Source: Tagaea sp. (GTDB lineage Bacteria; Pseudomonadota; Alphaproteobacteria; CACIAM-22H2). From it: a DNA stretch of 64,000 nucleotides. Shown one piece after another: positions 39,669 to 49,524 of this stretch. The translations under genes and the position numbers were made by a program. The notes under the pieces are model-generated. The model had not been told where the DNA came from. It worked only from the letters and a program-made list of their open reading frames with translations, and did not search any database. The DNA is taken from the NCBI GenBank assembly GCA_965279525.1, contig CBDIIB010000003.1, positions 416,001 through 480,000 on the forward strand, read 5' to 3'. The number at the start of each line of letters is the position of its first letter. Position 1 is the first letter of the stretch.

Positions 39669-41255
39669 TCAGCGCTTGTCGACGTTCCAGAAGAAAGGAA
39701 CCGGCGAGACGATGATGCCCGTGACGTTCTTGCGGAAGGCGGTCGGCTGCTGGAACTGCCCGGTGGTCACGTAGGGCACTTCCTTGAACGCGACGTCCTG
39801 CATCTGCCGTGCGACGGCTACTTGGTCAGCAGCAGTCGTTGCGGCGAGCCACTTGTCGCGCAATGCCTCAAGCTCCGGCATCGTCGGCCAGCCGGGCCAT
39901 GCGGCAGCACCGTGGCCGCGCAGCGGTGCGTGCAGCGCCGGGTTCACGATATCGGGCCCGACCCACCAGGTGTGGAAGATCGACCAGCCGCCCTGCTCGG
40001 GGGCGTTGCGGCTCGCGCGGCGCGCGAGAACCGAACCCCAGTCCGTTGCCACGAGTTCGACATTCATCCCCAGCCGCTTCAGCAGGTCCTCGGTGACGAG
40101 GCTCTGCACGTGGTTGGTCGGGATGTCGGTCGGCGAGATGATGACGATCTTCTCGCCCTTGTAGCTCGACTCCTTCAGGATCGCCTTGGCGCGATCGAGA
40201 TTGCCGCCTGCCGCCGCGGAGCCGACGTCGCTCGCCAGCGGCGTGCCGCAGGTGAAGAACGACTTGCACTCCTTGTAGTATTGCTTGTCGCCGGCGATGG
40301 CCTGCAGGTAGTCCGCCTGATTGACGGCCATCTGCACCGCCTGGCGCACCTTCGCGTCGGTGAAGGGCGGGTGCAGGTGATTGAAGCGCAGCATGGCGAT
40401 CGAGCCCATCGGATCGATCTGCTCGAGCGTGATGTCGCGATTGCGCGCGAGCGAGGGCATCAGGTCGAACAGGGGCTGTTCGAGCCAGTCGACTTCGCCT
40501 TGCGCAAGTGCGGCCGCGGCGACCGCCCCGTCGGGGATGATGCGCCATTCGACGCGGTCGACCTTCACGACCTTGCCGCCGGCGGCCCACGAAGGCGGCT
40601 CGCTGCGCGGCTTATAGTCGGCGAAACGCTCGTACACGGCGCGCTGGCCGGGCACCCACTGGTCGCGGATGAAGCGGAACGGGCCGGACCCGGTCGCGTC
40701 CTGGATCGGCGTTGCCGGATCGGTGTTGGCGATCCGCTCCGGCATCATGAACGGCACCTGGCTCGACAGCTTGCCGAGCGCGTCGATCATCAGCGGGAAG
40801 GGCTTGGTGAGGCGAATCGCGAAGGTCAGCTCGTTGACCACGTCGTAGCCGGCGACCGCGGCAGCCAGCGTCTGGCCGAAGCTGTCGCGCGCCGACCAGC
40901 GGCGGACCGAGGCGGCGGCATCGGCGCCGCGCACAGGCGTGCCGTCGTGCCACTTCATGCCGTCACGCAGCGTGAACTCCCAGCGCAACCCGTCCGGGCT
41001 GGTCGACCATTTGTCGACCATCTGCGGCTGGATCTTGAAGTTCGCATCGGTCGCGAACAGCGTGTCGTAGACGAGGTAGCCGTGATTGCGCACGACATAG
41101 CCGGTCGTCGCGATCGGATCGATTGCGGGCAGGTTCGAGTGCGGGATGAAGCGCAGCACTTTCTGCTGGGCGCTTGCTTCGCCTGCGAAGCCGAGCCCGG
41201 CGGCGAAAGCCGCCAGCGCGGTCGCGGCCGCAAGCCGACTGAATGCATTTTTCAT
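39669..41255 (-). CDS. Family-5 peptide ABC substrate-binding protein
   Basis: Signal peptide MKNAFS...; VYDTLF, FTLRDGMKWHDG, GSGPFRF. Confidence 0.9.
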   Translation of the reverse strand: MKNAFSRLAAATALAAFAAGLGFAGEASAQQKVLRFIPHSNLPAIDPIATTGYVVRNHGYLVYDTLFATDANFKIQPQMVDKWSTSPDGLRWEFTLRDGMKWHDGTPVRGADAAASVRRWSARDSFGQTLAAAVAGYDVVNELTFAIRLTKPFPLMIDALGKLSSQVPFMMPERIANTDPATPIQDATGSGPFRFIRDQWVPGQRAVYERFADYKPRSEPPSWAAGGKVVKVDRVEWRIIPDGAVAAAALAQGEVDWLEQPLFDLMPSLARNRDITLEQIDPMGSIAMLRFNHLHPPFTDAKVRQAVQMAVNQADYLQAIAGDKQYYKECKSFFTCGTPLASDVGSAAAGGNLDRAKAILKESSYKGEKIVIISPTDIPTNHVQSLVTEDLLKRLGMNVELVATDWGSVLARRASRNAPEQGGWSIFHTWWVGPDIVNPALHAPLRGHGAAAWPGWPTMPELEALRDKWLAATTAADQVAVARQMQDVAFKEVPYVTTGQFQQPTAFRKNVTGIIVSPVPFFWNVDKR

Positions 41256-41310
41256 GTTTCTTGTCCTCCGGTGTCGCTTCGTTCGTCGTGCGATACGAAT
41301 GGCGGTTATG

Positions 41311-41326
41311 TGCCAAAAGCATGCCA
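41311..41326 (-). promoter_or_regulatory. Sigma-54 (-24/-12) promoter candidate for the dpp operon
   Basis: Minus strand TGGCATGCTTTTGGCA has exact GG-N10-GC spacing. Confidence 0.5.
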
Positions 41327-41341
41327 CATACGGCGTGCGCG

Positions 41342-42841
41342 TCAAACCACTTGAACGTTAACCGGCGAAAACGGGCCCGGATCGAGGGGGTATATAGGGC
41401 GGGCGAGGCGGTGATAGACGAGTTTGGAATTGTCCGACGTCGTCACGCCTTCACCATCGAGCGTAAAGGTTGCGCGGGCGAGCGGCGCAAAGCCTGCCCG
41501 GTAGTGGATACGGGATTTGAGGAGCAGGAACCGCTGGCGCGTCGGATCGATGCCGTTTGCGGTGAATATTCCCGTATCCCAGGGTTCGTGGTGACGCGAG
41601 ACGACGACAATCCGCATCCGGCCGGTGTCGAGGACGGCAGTTGGCCCTGTATTGACCATCACGCCTGTGTACATGGGCCCCTCGACCCGCCATTTGCCGT
41701 CGGCAAGGTTGCGGACCGTCCCGCTGATTCGCAGGGGCTTGGCCGGCAACCCGATCGACGGCATGTCGCACTTGCCGCCCAATTCCAGCGTGACGCGCGC
41801 ACCCAGACCGGCGGCCTGCATCGCCGCGACCGCAGCCGGGTCCCAGACCGTGGCGACCGCGACGTCGTCGAGCTCCTGGCGCAGGACCTCGGCAATTGCC
41901 GTCATGACGTCCGACGTGCCGCCTGAACCGACATTGTCGGCGTGGTCGAGAAGCACGATGGGTGCCGCGTTGATCTCCTTCGCGCGCGCGACCGTCGCCG
42001 CGATCGGCGCATGGACATGCGTGAACTGGTCGCGGGCTTTCCAGGTCGCATCGAGCAGATCTTGCGTTGCCGCGACTGCGGCCTCCTGATCGCCGTCGGC
42101 TACGACAATCGCCGAATTGCCGGCAATTGGAATGTCCGCCATCGGGAAACCGCCGAACACCGTCGCGCACAGGATGGTGGGCCGGGCTTCCATCTGGCCC
42201 GCCATGACCTGCAATTCCTTCATCGGCGTGTCGGCGGTGCCCTGCCGCAGCGTCTGCGACAGCAGGGGCAGGCGGCCCCACGCCATGACGGGGCGGCATT
42301 TCCCGTCGATCGCGTCGATGACGACTTTCCCGACCCGCTCGGCGACATCGTACATGTCGACATGCGGATAGGTCTTGTAGCCGATCATCGCCGTGCAGTT
42401 CGCCACCATCTCGGCCGAAAGGTTGGCATGTAGATCGTACGTGACGGCGATGGGCAGACCCGGGCGGATCGCGCGAATGCGCGCCAGCAGCGTCCCTTCG
42501 CCGTCGTCGGCATGCTCGCAGACCATCGCCCCATGCAGGTCGAGCAGGGCGCCGTCGCAGCCGTCGGCGATTGCAGCAAGGATCGGGGCGACGAGGTGCT
42601 CGTAGGCTTCCTTCGTGACAGGGCCTCCCGGCATCGCTTCGGCGGCAACGGGTGTGACGATCTCGGCGCCGCGCGCGCGTGCGAGCTTCATGTAGGCCGC
42701 AAGCGGCATCGACGTGTTTTCGTACGCGGTGACGACGTCCGCGCCGAAATGCAGTCCCCATTGCGCGAAGCGCTCCACGTCGGTCACGACCGGCGAGAAG
42801 GTGTTGGTTTCGTGCTTGAGCATGGCGAGGACGAGGCGCAT
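41342..42841 (-). CDS. MlrC-like M81 metallopeptidase
   Basis: HETNTFSP, LDLHGAM, YDLHAN, YKTYPHVD, ADNVGSGG, LKSRIHYRAGF. Confidence 0.9.
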   Translation of the reverse strand: MRLVLAMLKHETNTFSPVVTDVERFAQWGLHFGADVVTAYENTSMPLAAYMKLARARGAEIVTPVAAEAMPGGPVTKEAYEHLVAPILAAIADGCDGALLDLHGAMVCEHADDGEGTLLARIRAIRPGLPIAVTYDLHANLSAEMVANCTAMIGYKTYPHVDMYDVAERVGKVVIDAIDGKCRPVMAWGRLPLLSQTLRQGTADTPMKELQVMAGQMEARPTILCATVFGGFPMADIPIAGNSAIVVADGDQEAAVAATQDLLDATWKARDQFTHVHAPIAATVARAKEINAAPIVLLDHADNVGSGGTSDVMTAIAEVLRQELDDVAVATVWDPAAVAAMQAAGLGARVTLELGGKCDMPSIGLPAKPLRISGTVRNLADGKWRVEGPMYTGVMVNTGPTAVLDTGRMRIVVVSRHHEPWDTGIFTANGIDPTRQRFLLLKSRIHYRAGFAPLARATFTLDGEGVTTSDNSKLVYHRLARPIYPLDPGPFSPVNVQVV

Positions 42842-42905
42842 CGTGCGGGCTCTTTCGGAATCGGCGATGGACGTGCGAGCATAGCGTCCCCGTCCGGAGT
42901 CACAA

Positions 42906-44294
42906 ATGTCCGATCTCGCCCTGCTTTCCGTGTCTGAGCTGCTTGGCGGTTTTGCGCGCAAGCGATTTTCGCCGGTCGAGGCGGCGCAAGCGTGCCTGGC
43001 GCGCATTTCCCGGCTCGATCCTGTTCACAACGCGTTCTGCCTGGTCGATGCTGAGTCTGCACTGGCCGCGTCGCGCGCGTCCGAAGCGCGTTGGGCGCGT
43101 GGCGAGCCGAAGGGAACGCTCGACGGCGTTCCGACGACGATCAAGGACCTGTTGCTGACAGCCGGCTGGCCGACGCTGCGCGGCTCGAAGCTCGTCTCCC
43201 GGGATCAGGCATGGAACGAGGACGCGCCTGCGGTGGCGCGGCTGCGCGAGCAAAACGCCGTCTTGCTCGGCAAGACAACGACGCCGGAGTTCGGCTGGAA
43301 GGGAATCGGGGACTCGCCCCTGACCGGAATCACGCGCAACCCGTGGGACCCGTCGAAGACCGCGGGCGGCTCGTCGGCCGGTGCGGCCGTGGCGGCAGCG
43401 CTCGGTATGGGCGCACTCCATATCGGCACGGATGGCGGGGGTTCGATCCGGATGCCGGCCGGCTTCTGCGGCATTTTCGGCCTGAAGCCCACTTATGGAC
43501 GTGTCGCGGCCTACCCGGCATCGCCTGCGGGCCTGCTCGCGCATATCGGACCGATGACCCGTGGGGTCGAGGACGCTGCCCGGATGATGGAGGCGATCGC
43601 CCGGCCGGATTATCGCGATGTCTTCTCCTTGCCGCCCGACGAGGGTTCCTGGCTGCTTGGCCTCGACAAGGGTGTCGCGGGACTGAAGATCGGATTCAGT
43701 CCGCGACTTGGCGGCGCGTCGGTCGATCCGGAAATCGCCGCCGCGGTCGAGGCGACGGCCCGCCTGTTCGCCGATCTGGGTGCCATCGTCGAGCCAGCCG
43801 AGCCGGAGATGGGCGATGTCCGTGATGTCTTTTACCGGCTGTGGACGGCGGGGCTTGCGCGGCCCTTGCAGGCTTACCCGCGCGAACGTTGGCGCGACTG
43901 CGATCCCGGCCTGGTCGCGACGACTGAAGCGGGAATGCACCTTTCCGCGCAGGATTATCTTGCGGCCGATGCCGCACGCATCCGGGCGACCGAGGCGATG
44001 GCGCGCTTCCACCGGCGTTACGATCTGCTGCTCACGCCGCAGCTGCCGATCACCGCATTCGCGGCAGGGCACGATGTCGCCACGCCGGATCAGAGCTACT
44101 GGATCGACTGGACGCCCTTCACCTATCCATTCAACATGACGCGCCAACCGGCGGCTAGCGTGCCAGCCGGCCTGCATTCCAACGGCCTGCCGATGGCCTT
44201 CCAGCTTGTCGGGCGCCATTACGAGGACCGTCTCGTACTGCGTGCTGCCCGGGCGATCGAGCAGGTGCGCCCCTGGAAGATGCCGGTGTCGTGA
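42906..44294 (+). CDS. Amidase-signature enzyme
   Basis: GVPTTIKD, GKTTTPEFGWKG, GGSSAG, GTDGGGSIRMPA. Confidence 0.92.
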   Translation: MSDLALLSVSELLGGFARKRFSPVEAAQACLARISRLDPVHNAFCLVDAESALAASRASEARWARGEPKGTLDGVPTTIKDLLLTAGWPTLRGSKLVSRDQAWNEDAPAVARLREQNAVLLGKTTTPEFGWKGIGDSPLTGITRNPWDPSKTAGGSSAGAAVAAALGMGALHIGTDGGGSIRMPAGFCGIFGLKPTYGRVAAYPASPAGLLAHIGPMTRGVEDAARMMEAIARPDYRDVFSLPPDEGSWLLGLDKGVAGLKIGFSPRLGGASVDPEIAAAVEATARLFADLGAIVEPAEPEMGDVRDVFYRLWTAGLARPLQAYPRERWRDCDPGLVATTEAGMHLSAQDYLAADAARIRATEAMARFHRRYDLLLTPQLPITAFAAGHDVATPDQSYWIDWTPFTYPFNMTRQPAASVPAGLHSNGLPMAFQLVGRHYEDRLVLRAARAIEQVRPWKMPVS

Positions 44295-44307
44295 AGGAGG
44301 TACGGCC

Positions 44308-45504
44308 GTGATCGCGCTGACCGGCCGTCGCGGCGTCCTGGCGCTCGCCGTGACACAGATCGCAAGCTGGGGATGTACCTATTTCATCCCGGCAATGCTT
44401 GTCGCTCCGATCTCCGCCAATCTTGATATCCGTTCGACGACCGTCTTTTCGGGCGTGACGATCCAGCTTGTCGTCGGGGCATTCCTTGGTCCGTGGGTCG
44501 GGCGTCAGGTCGACCGCGACGGACCACGACGGATGCTGGTTCTCGGGTCGCTGCTGTTGGCGTTGGGGTTGGGCGTGCTGGGGCTTGCGGACGGATTGGC
44601 GGTCTACGCGGTCGCGTGGGCGATCATGGGCCTCGGCATGCCGATGGTCCTGATCCAGACCCCGTTTGCCGCGGCCGCACTGCTGGTGCCGGGTGGCGCA
44701 CGCCGCGCGATCGGATTGATGACGCTGATCGGTAGCCTGACGACAGTCGCGTTCCTGCCGGCCATGGCGTGGCTGGAAGCACCGCTCGGCTGGCGTGGCA
44801 TCTGTTTCCTGTTCGCGGGCATCCAACTCGCCGTTTGCCTGCCGCTTCACGCGGCGATCACGGCCCGACCGGTACCGAGAGATGGGTCCGGAAGTGTTTC
44901 CAGCGTGGATTCTGGCGGTATCGCCGATCCGAGTTTGCGCAAACGGGCTTTCTGGACGATGGCCGTCGCTTTTTCCTGCATCGGCTTCGTCACGTGGGGA
45001 TTGCCGCTCCATCTTGTCGAAATCGCGCGGGCCTATGGCCAGCCGGCCGCCGTGGCGGTCACCGTCGGTGCCGTGATGGGACCGGCACAGATGGTTGCGC
45101 GCGCCGCCGAAACGGCCTTCGGACAGAAGATGCCGATCCTCGACGTCGGGTATCTCAGCCTGGCGGTGATCGCCGCTGCATTGATCCTTCCGCTGATATT
45201 CGGGGGGACGGCGACGATACTGATGCTGATGGTGATCGGTTACGGATTCGGAGCCGGTGCAAACACGATCGTGCGCGCGATCGCACCACTCGTGGTCTTC
45301 GGTCGAGCCGGCTACGCGACAGTCCTTGGAAAAATGGGCCTGCCGATGAATCTCGTGTTCGCGACGGCGCCGTTCCTGATTGCGGCGGCGATCGAGGCCG
45401 GCGGACCGGCGGCGGGGCTTGCCGTCTGCGCCGGCGCGACGCTCGTGTCGCTTGCCGGCATGCTCGTGCTCCGGCGCCTTGCCGCCGGATCGTTCGCTCA
45501 GTAG
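44308..45504 (+). CDS. MFS transporter
   Basis: GTG after AAGGAGG; about 12 TM; motif A GRQVDRDGPRR. Confidence 0.85.
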   Translation: MIALTGRRGVLALAVTQIASWGCTYFIPAMLVAPISANLDIRSTTVFSGVTIQLVVGAFLGPWVGRQVDRDGPRRMLVLGSLLLALGLGVLGLADGLAVYAVAWAIMGLGMPMVLIQTPFAAAALLVPGGARRAIGLMTLIGSLTTVAFLPAMAWLEAPLGWRGICFLFAGIQLAVCLPLHAAITARPVPRDGSGSVSSVDSGGIADPSLRKRAFWTMAVAFSCIGFVTWGLPLHLVEIARAYGQPAAVAVTVGAVMGPAQMVARAAETAFGQKMPILDVGYLSLAVIAAALILPLIFGGTATILMLMVIGYGFGAGANTIVRAIAPLVVFGRAGYATVLGKMGLPMNLVFATAPFLIAAAIEAGGPAAGLAVCAGATLVSLAGMLVLRRLAAGSFAQ

Positions 45505-46118
45505 AGCGACGTGGCGACGCGTGAAGGCAATTCGGCGTCGTAGGCACGTCCGTCGAAACCGTCCTTGGCAAGCGCCTCGAGGATCTCGCCGGTGCTCGGC
45601 AGGCTGGCACGTGCCAGGCGCCTCTCGGGATTCCACAGATCCGCGCGGACGACAGCTCGCGAACACTGGAAATAGACGCGCTCGATCTTCACGACAAGGA
45701 CGGTGCGCGGCTGCTTCGCATCGACGGCAAAACGCGCCAGCAGGGAGGGCTCGACGGATATCGCCGCGCGACCGTTGATCCGCAGTGTCTCGCCGATGCC
45801 GGGGACGAGAAACAGCAGCGCCACGCGCGGATCGGAGACGATGTTGCGCAGCGTGTCGATGCGGTTGTTGCCGCGCCGGTCTGGCAACAGGAGGGTTTTC
45901 GAATCCTCGACAGTCACGAACCCGGCCGCATCGCCGCGCGGGCTGACGTCGAGCCCCTCGATGCCGGAGCTTGCCAGCGCCACAAACGGGGCGGCCTCGA
46001 CGAAGGCGCGATAGTGCGCACTCAGATGGTCGATCTCCTTGTCGAGCGAGCGCTGTACGGCAGGACCGTAGAGCGCCTCGAGCATGGCGACATCGGTGAC
46101 TTCATGGGCCGGGCTCAT
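45498..46118 (-). CDS. Pyridoxamine 5'-phosphate oxidase-like FMN-binding protein
   Basis: DVSPRGD, LPDRRGNNRIDTLRNI, ETLRING, YFQC. Confidence 0.88.
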   Translation of the reverse strand: MSPAHEVTDVAMLEALYGPAVQRSLDKEIDHLSAHYRAFVEAAPFVALASSGIEGLDVSPRGDAAGFVTVEDSKTLLLPDRRGNNRIDTLRNIVSDPRVALLFLVPGIGETLRINGRAAISVEPSLLARFAVDAKQPRTVLVVKIERVYFQCSRAVVRADLWNPERRLARASLPSTGEILEALAKDGFDGRAYDAELPSRVATSLY

Positions 46119-46669
46119 TCGGATTTCCAATCCAGGAGGGCGCGCGCGGCTATCGCGGCGTGCGCGAGTATGTGGAAACGGTTCTCGGCGAGAACGGCGG
46201 CGATCTCCGCCCGGGAGTAGCGGACAAGCTCCTGTTCTTCGAGATCGCCGGAGTCGGGCTCGGCCACCTGCCGGCATCCCTTCGCGATGAACATGTGGCA
46301 CATCGCGCCTCGGATGTTGGCCCCGGTGATGCAGGATCCGATCGGCTCGATCGCATCGGCCGTATGTCCGGTTTCTTCCAGAAGCTCGCGTCGTGCCGCT
46401 TCGGCGGGCGTTTCGCCGGCATCGATGCCGCCACCGGGGAAACCGAGCACGATCGCGCCAGCACCGTGGCGATAACTGCGGATCGCAAGCACGCGCCCGT
46501 CCTCGAGGATCGGGAACAGCATCGAATAGTCGGGCAAGAGGATGCGATGGAAGCTCTCGACGATCCGTCCGTCGGGCAGTTCCAGCCGGTCGTCGAGGAC
46601 GCGCACCCAGGGCGGCGACGAATAGACCTCGCGCGAGGCGAGTGTCTTCCAGAGGCGAAGATCCTTCAT
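46115..46669 (-). CDS. NUDIX hydrolase (ADP-ribose pyrophosphatase-like)
   Basis: Nudix box GGIDAGETPAEAARRELLEETG. Confidence 0.88.
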   Translation of the reverse strand: MKDLRLWKTLASREVYSSPPWVRVLDDRLELPDGRIVESFHRILLPDYSMLFPILEDGRVLAIRSYRHGAGAIVLGFPGGGIDAGETPAEAARRELLEETGHTADAIEPIGSCITGANIRGAMCHMFIAKGCRQVAEPDSGDLEEQELVRYSRAEIAAVLAENRFHILAHAAIAARALLDWKSE

Positions 46670-46680
46670 CTCGGACACCG

Positions 46681-48249
46681 TCAGGCCGGGAGTGCCGCCG
46701 ACCAGGGGCTCATCGGGTCCGACATCCCCGAGCGCCCGCCGGTTGCCGGATCGATAAGGATGGCCGACGGGCAGGCATAGCTTGCCGGAGAGATCGTGTG
46801 CTCGGCCGCTCGCGCCTGGAAGCGGGCCATGAGTGCCGACTGGACGTCGATCGGCAGGCGCGGATCGTATTCGACAAGCTCGCCGCCCGACACGTCGATG
46901 CGCGGCTGGTGGAACGCGGCGTCGAGATCCATTCCGTGATCGACCACGAAGGACAGGAGCTGCGCGACGGCGGGAAGGATGCGCCTGCCGCCGGACGCGC
47001 CGATCGCGATCCACGGCTTGCCGTCCTTCGACACGATCGTCGGGCACATGTTCGTCAACGGGCGCTTGCCGGGTGCCAGCGAGTTCGGCCGGCCGGGGCG
47101 CGGATCGAACCACATGACCCCGTTGTTCATCAGGATGCCGGTCCGCGGCAGGACCAGCCGGCTGCCGAACGACGAAAGCAGCGTCTGCGTAAGGGCGACG
47201 ACGTTGCCGTGCCGGTCCACGACGTTGAGGTGCGTGGTGCTCGTCGCCGGTCCCTGCGCTGCCGGCGTACCGGCAAGACGTTCAGCATAGGCCTGACGCA
47301 ATGCCTCGGCATAGGCGACGAAGCTCGCCGCGTCGGCGCCGAACGGCCGGAACAATGTCGGTGTCAGCAACTCGAGGAACCTTGCGAGCGTCGGGCCGGC
47401 ACTGCCGACAGGCGCGCAGGCGAAGTCGGCGCCGCGATAGCGCGTCGCGAACGGCTCGACGAAACGGGCGCGGTAGCCGGCAAGGTCTTCCCGCGTCAGC
47501 ACGCCGCCAAGCGCCTGCACGTCGTCGGCGATGTCCGCAGCGATGTTGCCTTCGTAGAAATCGCGTGGCCCCTTGAGCTGGAGGCGCCGGATCGTCGCAG
47601 CGAGATTGCCCATCGAAAGGTAGCTTTGGGCCATGCCGCTGTCCGTCGTCGGCGGCAGGCCGTCGGGCAGGTAGATGTCGCTCGACGACGGATAGCGTTG
47701 CAGGTCCCGAGCACCGGCCGCGACCTTCAGCGTCGTCCAGAAATCCACCGGAAGTCCGCGATCGGCAAGTCGTGCGGCAGGCTCCAGCACGGTTTCCCAT
47801 GCCATACTGCCGAACCGGTCCAGTGCCAGCGCAAGTCCGTCGACCTGCCCGGGAATCGCGACCGACAGCGGACCATGCACGTTCCGGTTGCCTTCGACTT
47901 CCGGCCATCCGAACAGGTCGCCGCCCTGCCGTCCGGTCAACGGGAAGTGTTTGGGATCGAGGCGGGCAGGCGCCTGGGGCCCGAAATCGACAACCTGAAC
48001 TTTTCCGGTATCCGCCGGGCGATACATCAGGAAGCCGATGCCGCCCAATCCGCTGTTCCAGGGCTCGGCTGTCGCAAGTGCAAACGCCGCTGCGACGGCG
48101 GCATCGACCGCGTTGCCGCCCTGGTGAAGGATCTCCGCGCCGACCTCCATCGCATCGCGGGCCTGGCCGGAGATCACGCCGCCGATCGCCGATCCGGCGC
48201 CGGGCTTGCGGATCGTCAGGTTCTGGATGTGGTGGGGACGTGGTCTCAT
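46681..48249 (-). CDS. ggt: Gamma-glutamyltransferase family (Ntn hydrolase)
   Basis: GGNAVDAAVA, SGLGG, TTHLNVVD nucleophile, PGKRPLTNM, GASGG. Confidence 0.88.
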   Translation of the reverse strand: MRPRPHHIQNLTIRKPGAGSAIGGVISGQARDAMEVGAEILHQGGNAVDAAVAAAFALATAEPWNSGLGGIGFLMYRPADTGKVQVVDFGPQAPARLDPKHFPLTGRQGGDLFGWPEVEGNRNVHGPLSVAIPGQVDGLALALDRFGSMAWETVLEPAARLADRGLPVDFWTTLKVAAGARDLQRYPSSSDIYLPDGLPPTTDSGMAQSYLSMGNLAATIRRLQLKGPRDFYEGNIAADIADDVQALGGVLTREDLAGYRARFVEPFATRYRGADFACAPVGSAGPTLARFLELLTPTLFRPFGADAASFVAYAEALRQAYAERLAGTPAAQGPATSTTHLNVVDRHGNVVALTQTLLSSFGSRLVLPRTGILMNNGVMWFDPRPGRPNSLAPGKRPLTNMCPTIVSKDGKPWIAIGASGGRRILPAVAQLLSFVVDHGMDLDAAFHQPRIDVSGGELVEYDPRLPIDVQSALMARFQARAAEHTISPASYACPSAILIDPATGGRSGMSDPMSPWSAALPA

Positions 48250-48677
48250 CGTGCTTCGCTCCGGCGCAATAGATCCTTGAGGATACGCTTCACCTTAGCG
48301 ACTTCCCCGGCGGAATAGGAGGCCAGACATGCGCGCTCGTGCGCCTTTGCCCGGGCCAGCAATGGAAGCACCTTGCGCCGGCCGCCGGCAGATATGCGGA
48401 CGAGGGTCCGGCGCCGGTCGGCGGGATCCTTGCGCAGATCCAGCAGGCCGCCGCGCGCCATGCGGGCGACCAACTTGGTGAGGGTCGGCTGCTGGATCAG
48501 CACGATCCGCGCGAGGTCGCCCACGCAAAGGCCGTCGCCGTCCGAAAGCGTGGCAAGAACACGCCAGTTCGCGACCGAAAGCCCGTAGGGGCGCAGCTGC
48601 TGGTGGAACTCGCGACTGACCCGCTCGCTGGCGGCGGCAAGAAGGTAGGACAGGTATCCGTCGACGAACTTCGGCAT
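48246..48677 (-). CDS. MarR-family regulator
   Basis: YLLAAAS, WRVLATL, PTLTKLVARM, DRRRTLV. Confidence 0.9.
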   Translation of the reverse strand: MPKFVDGYLSYLLAAASERVSREFHQQLRPYGLSVANWRVLATLSDGDGLCVGDLARIVLIQQPTLTKLVARMARGGLLDLRKDPADRRRTLVRISAGGRRKVLPLLARAKAHERACLASYSAGEVAKVKRILKDLLRRSEAR

Positions 48678-48729
48678 GCCGCATTCTATGCATTTTCATA
48701 TAATTTGAAGAAGCTGTATGATTTCCGGC

Positions 48730-49524
48730 ATGGGCGATCCGTCAGCGATACCTGCCGTCTATGCAACCGGCGAAGGGCCACCGCTTGTGCTTCTGCACGG
48801 TGTGGGAACGGACCATCGCGCGTTCCGTCCGCAGTCGATCCGCCTTGCCCGTCGCTTCCGCGTGCTTGCCTGGGACATGCCGGGCTATGGCTGCTCGCAG
48901 CCGATCGAGCCGATGGACTGGCACGGTCTTGCCGACGCGCTGGCACGCCTGCTCGACAGCCAGGGGATCGACAGCGCGCACATCCTGGGGCATTCGATCG
49001 GCGGGATGGTGGCGCAGGTGTTCGCCATCCGGCATGCGTCGCGCACGCGCTCGCTCGTGCTTTCGGCGACCAGTCCGGCCTTCGGCCGGCCGGACGGCGA
49101 CTGGCAGCGCGAGTTCGTGCGCCAGCGCCTTGCACCTCTTGAAACCGGCAAGAAGCTTGCCGATCTGGCCGAGGCGACGGTCGAGGCGCTGATGGGGCCG
49201 AAAGCCGGACCTGCCGCGCGGGGCTATGCGCGAACCTGTGTCGGCGAAGTGCCGGTGCCCGCGTTCGCTGCCGCGATCCGGCTGATCGTGACGTTCGATG
49301 GCCGGGCGGACCTGCCGCGCATCGCCTGTCCGACGCTGCTGCTTGCAGGATCGCACGACACGAACGCGCCGGCGGCGATGATGGAGAAGATGGCTGGGAA
49401 GATACCCGGTGCCCGGTTCGTCACACTTCCGGAGTGCGGCCATCTTGCCAATCTCGAGGATCCGGACGCGTTCGACGCGGCGGTTCGCGCATTTCTTGAG
49501 ACCGTGGAGAAGCGACATGCTTGA
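48730..49524 (+). CDS. Alpha/beta hydrolase
   Basis: LLHGVG, WDMPGYG, GHSIGG nucleophile elbow, GHLANLE; start may be 48718. Confidence 0.88.
   Translation: MGDPSAIPAVYATGEGPPLVLLHGVGTDHRAFRPQSIRLARRFRVLAWDMPGYGCSQPIEPMDWHGLADALARLLDSQGIDSAHILGHSIGGMVAQVFAIRHASRTRSLVLSATSPAFGRPDGDWQREFVRQRLAPLETGKKLADLAEATVEALMGPKAGPAARGYARTCVGEVPVPAFAAAIRLIVTFDGRADLPRIACPTLLLAGSHDTNAPAAMMEKMAGKIPGARFVTLPECGHLANLEDPDAFDAAVRAFLETVEKRHA

Noticed and set aside
41342-42841. Microcystin degradation locus
   Set aside because: Only an MlrC-like gene; mlrA, mlrB and mlrD are absent and M81 peptidases are widespread
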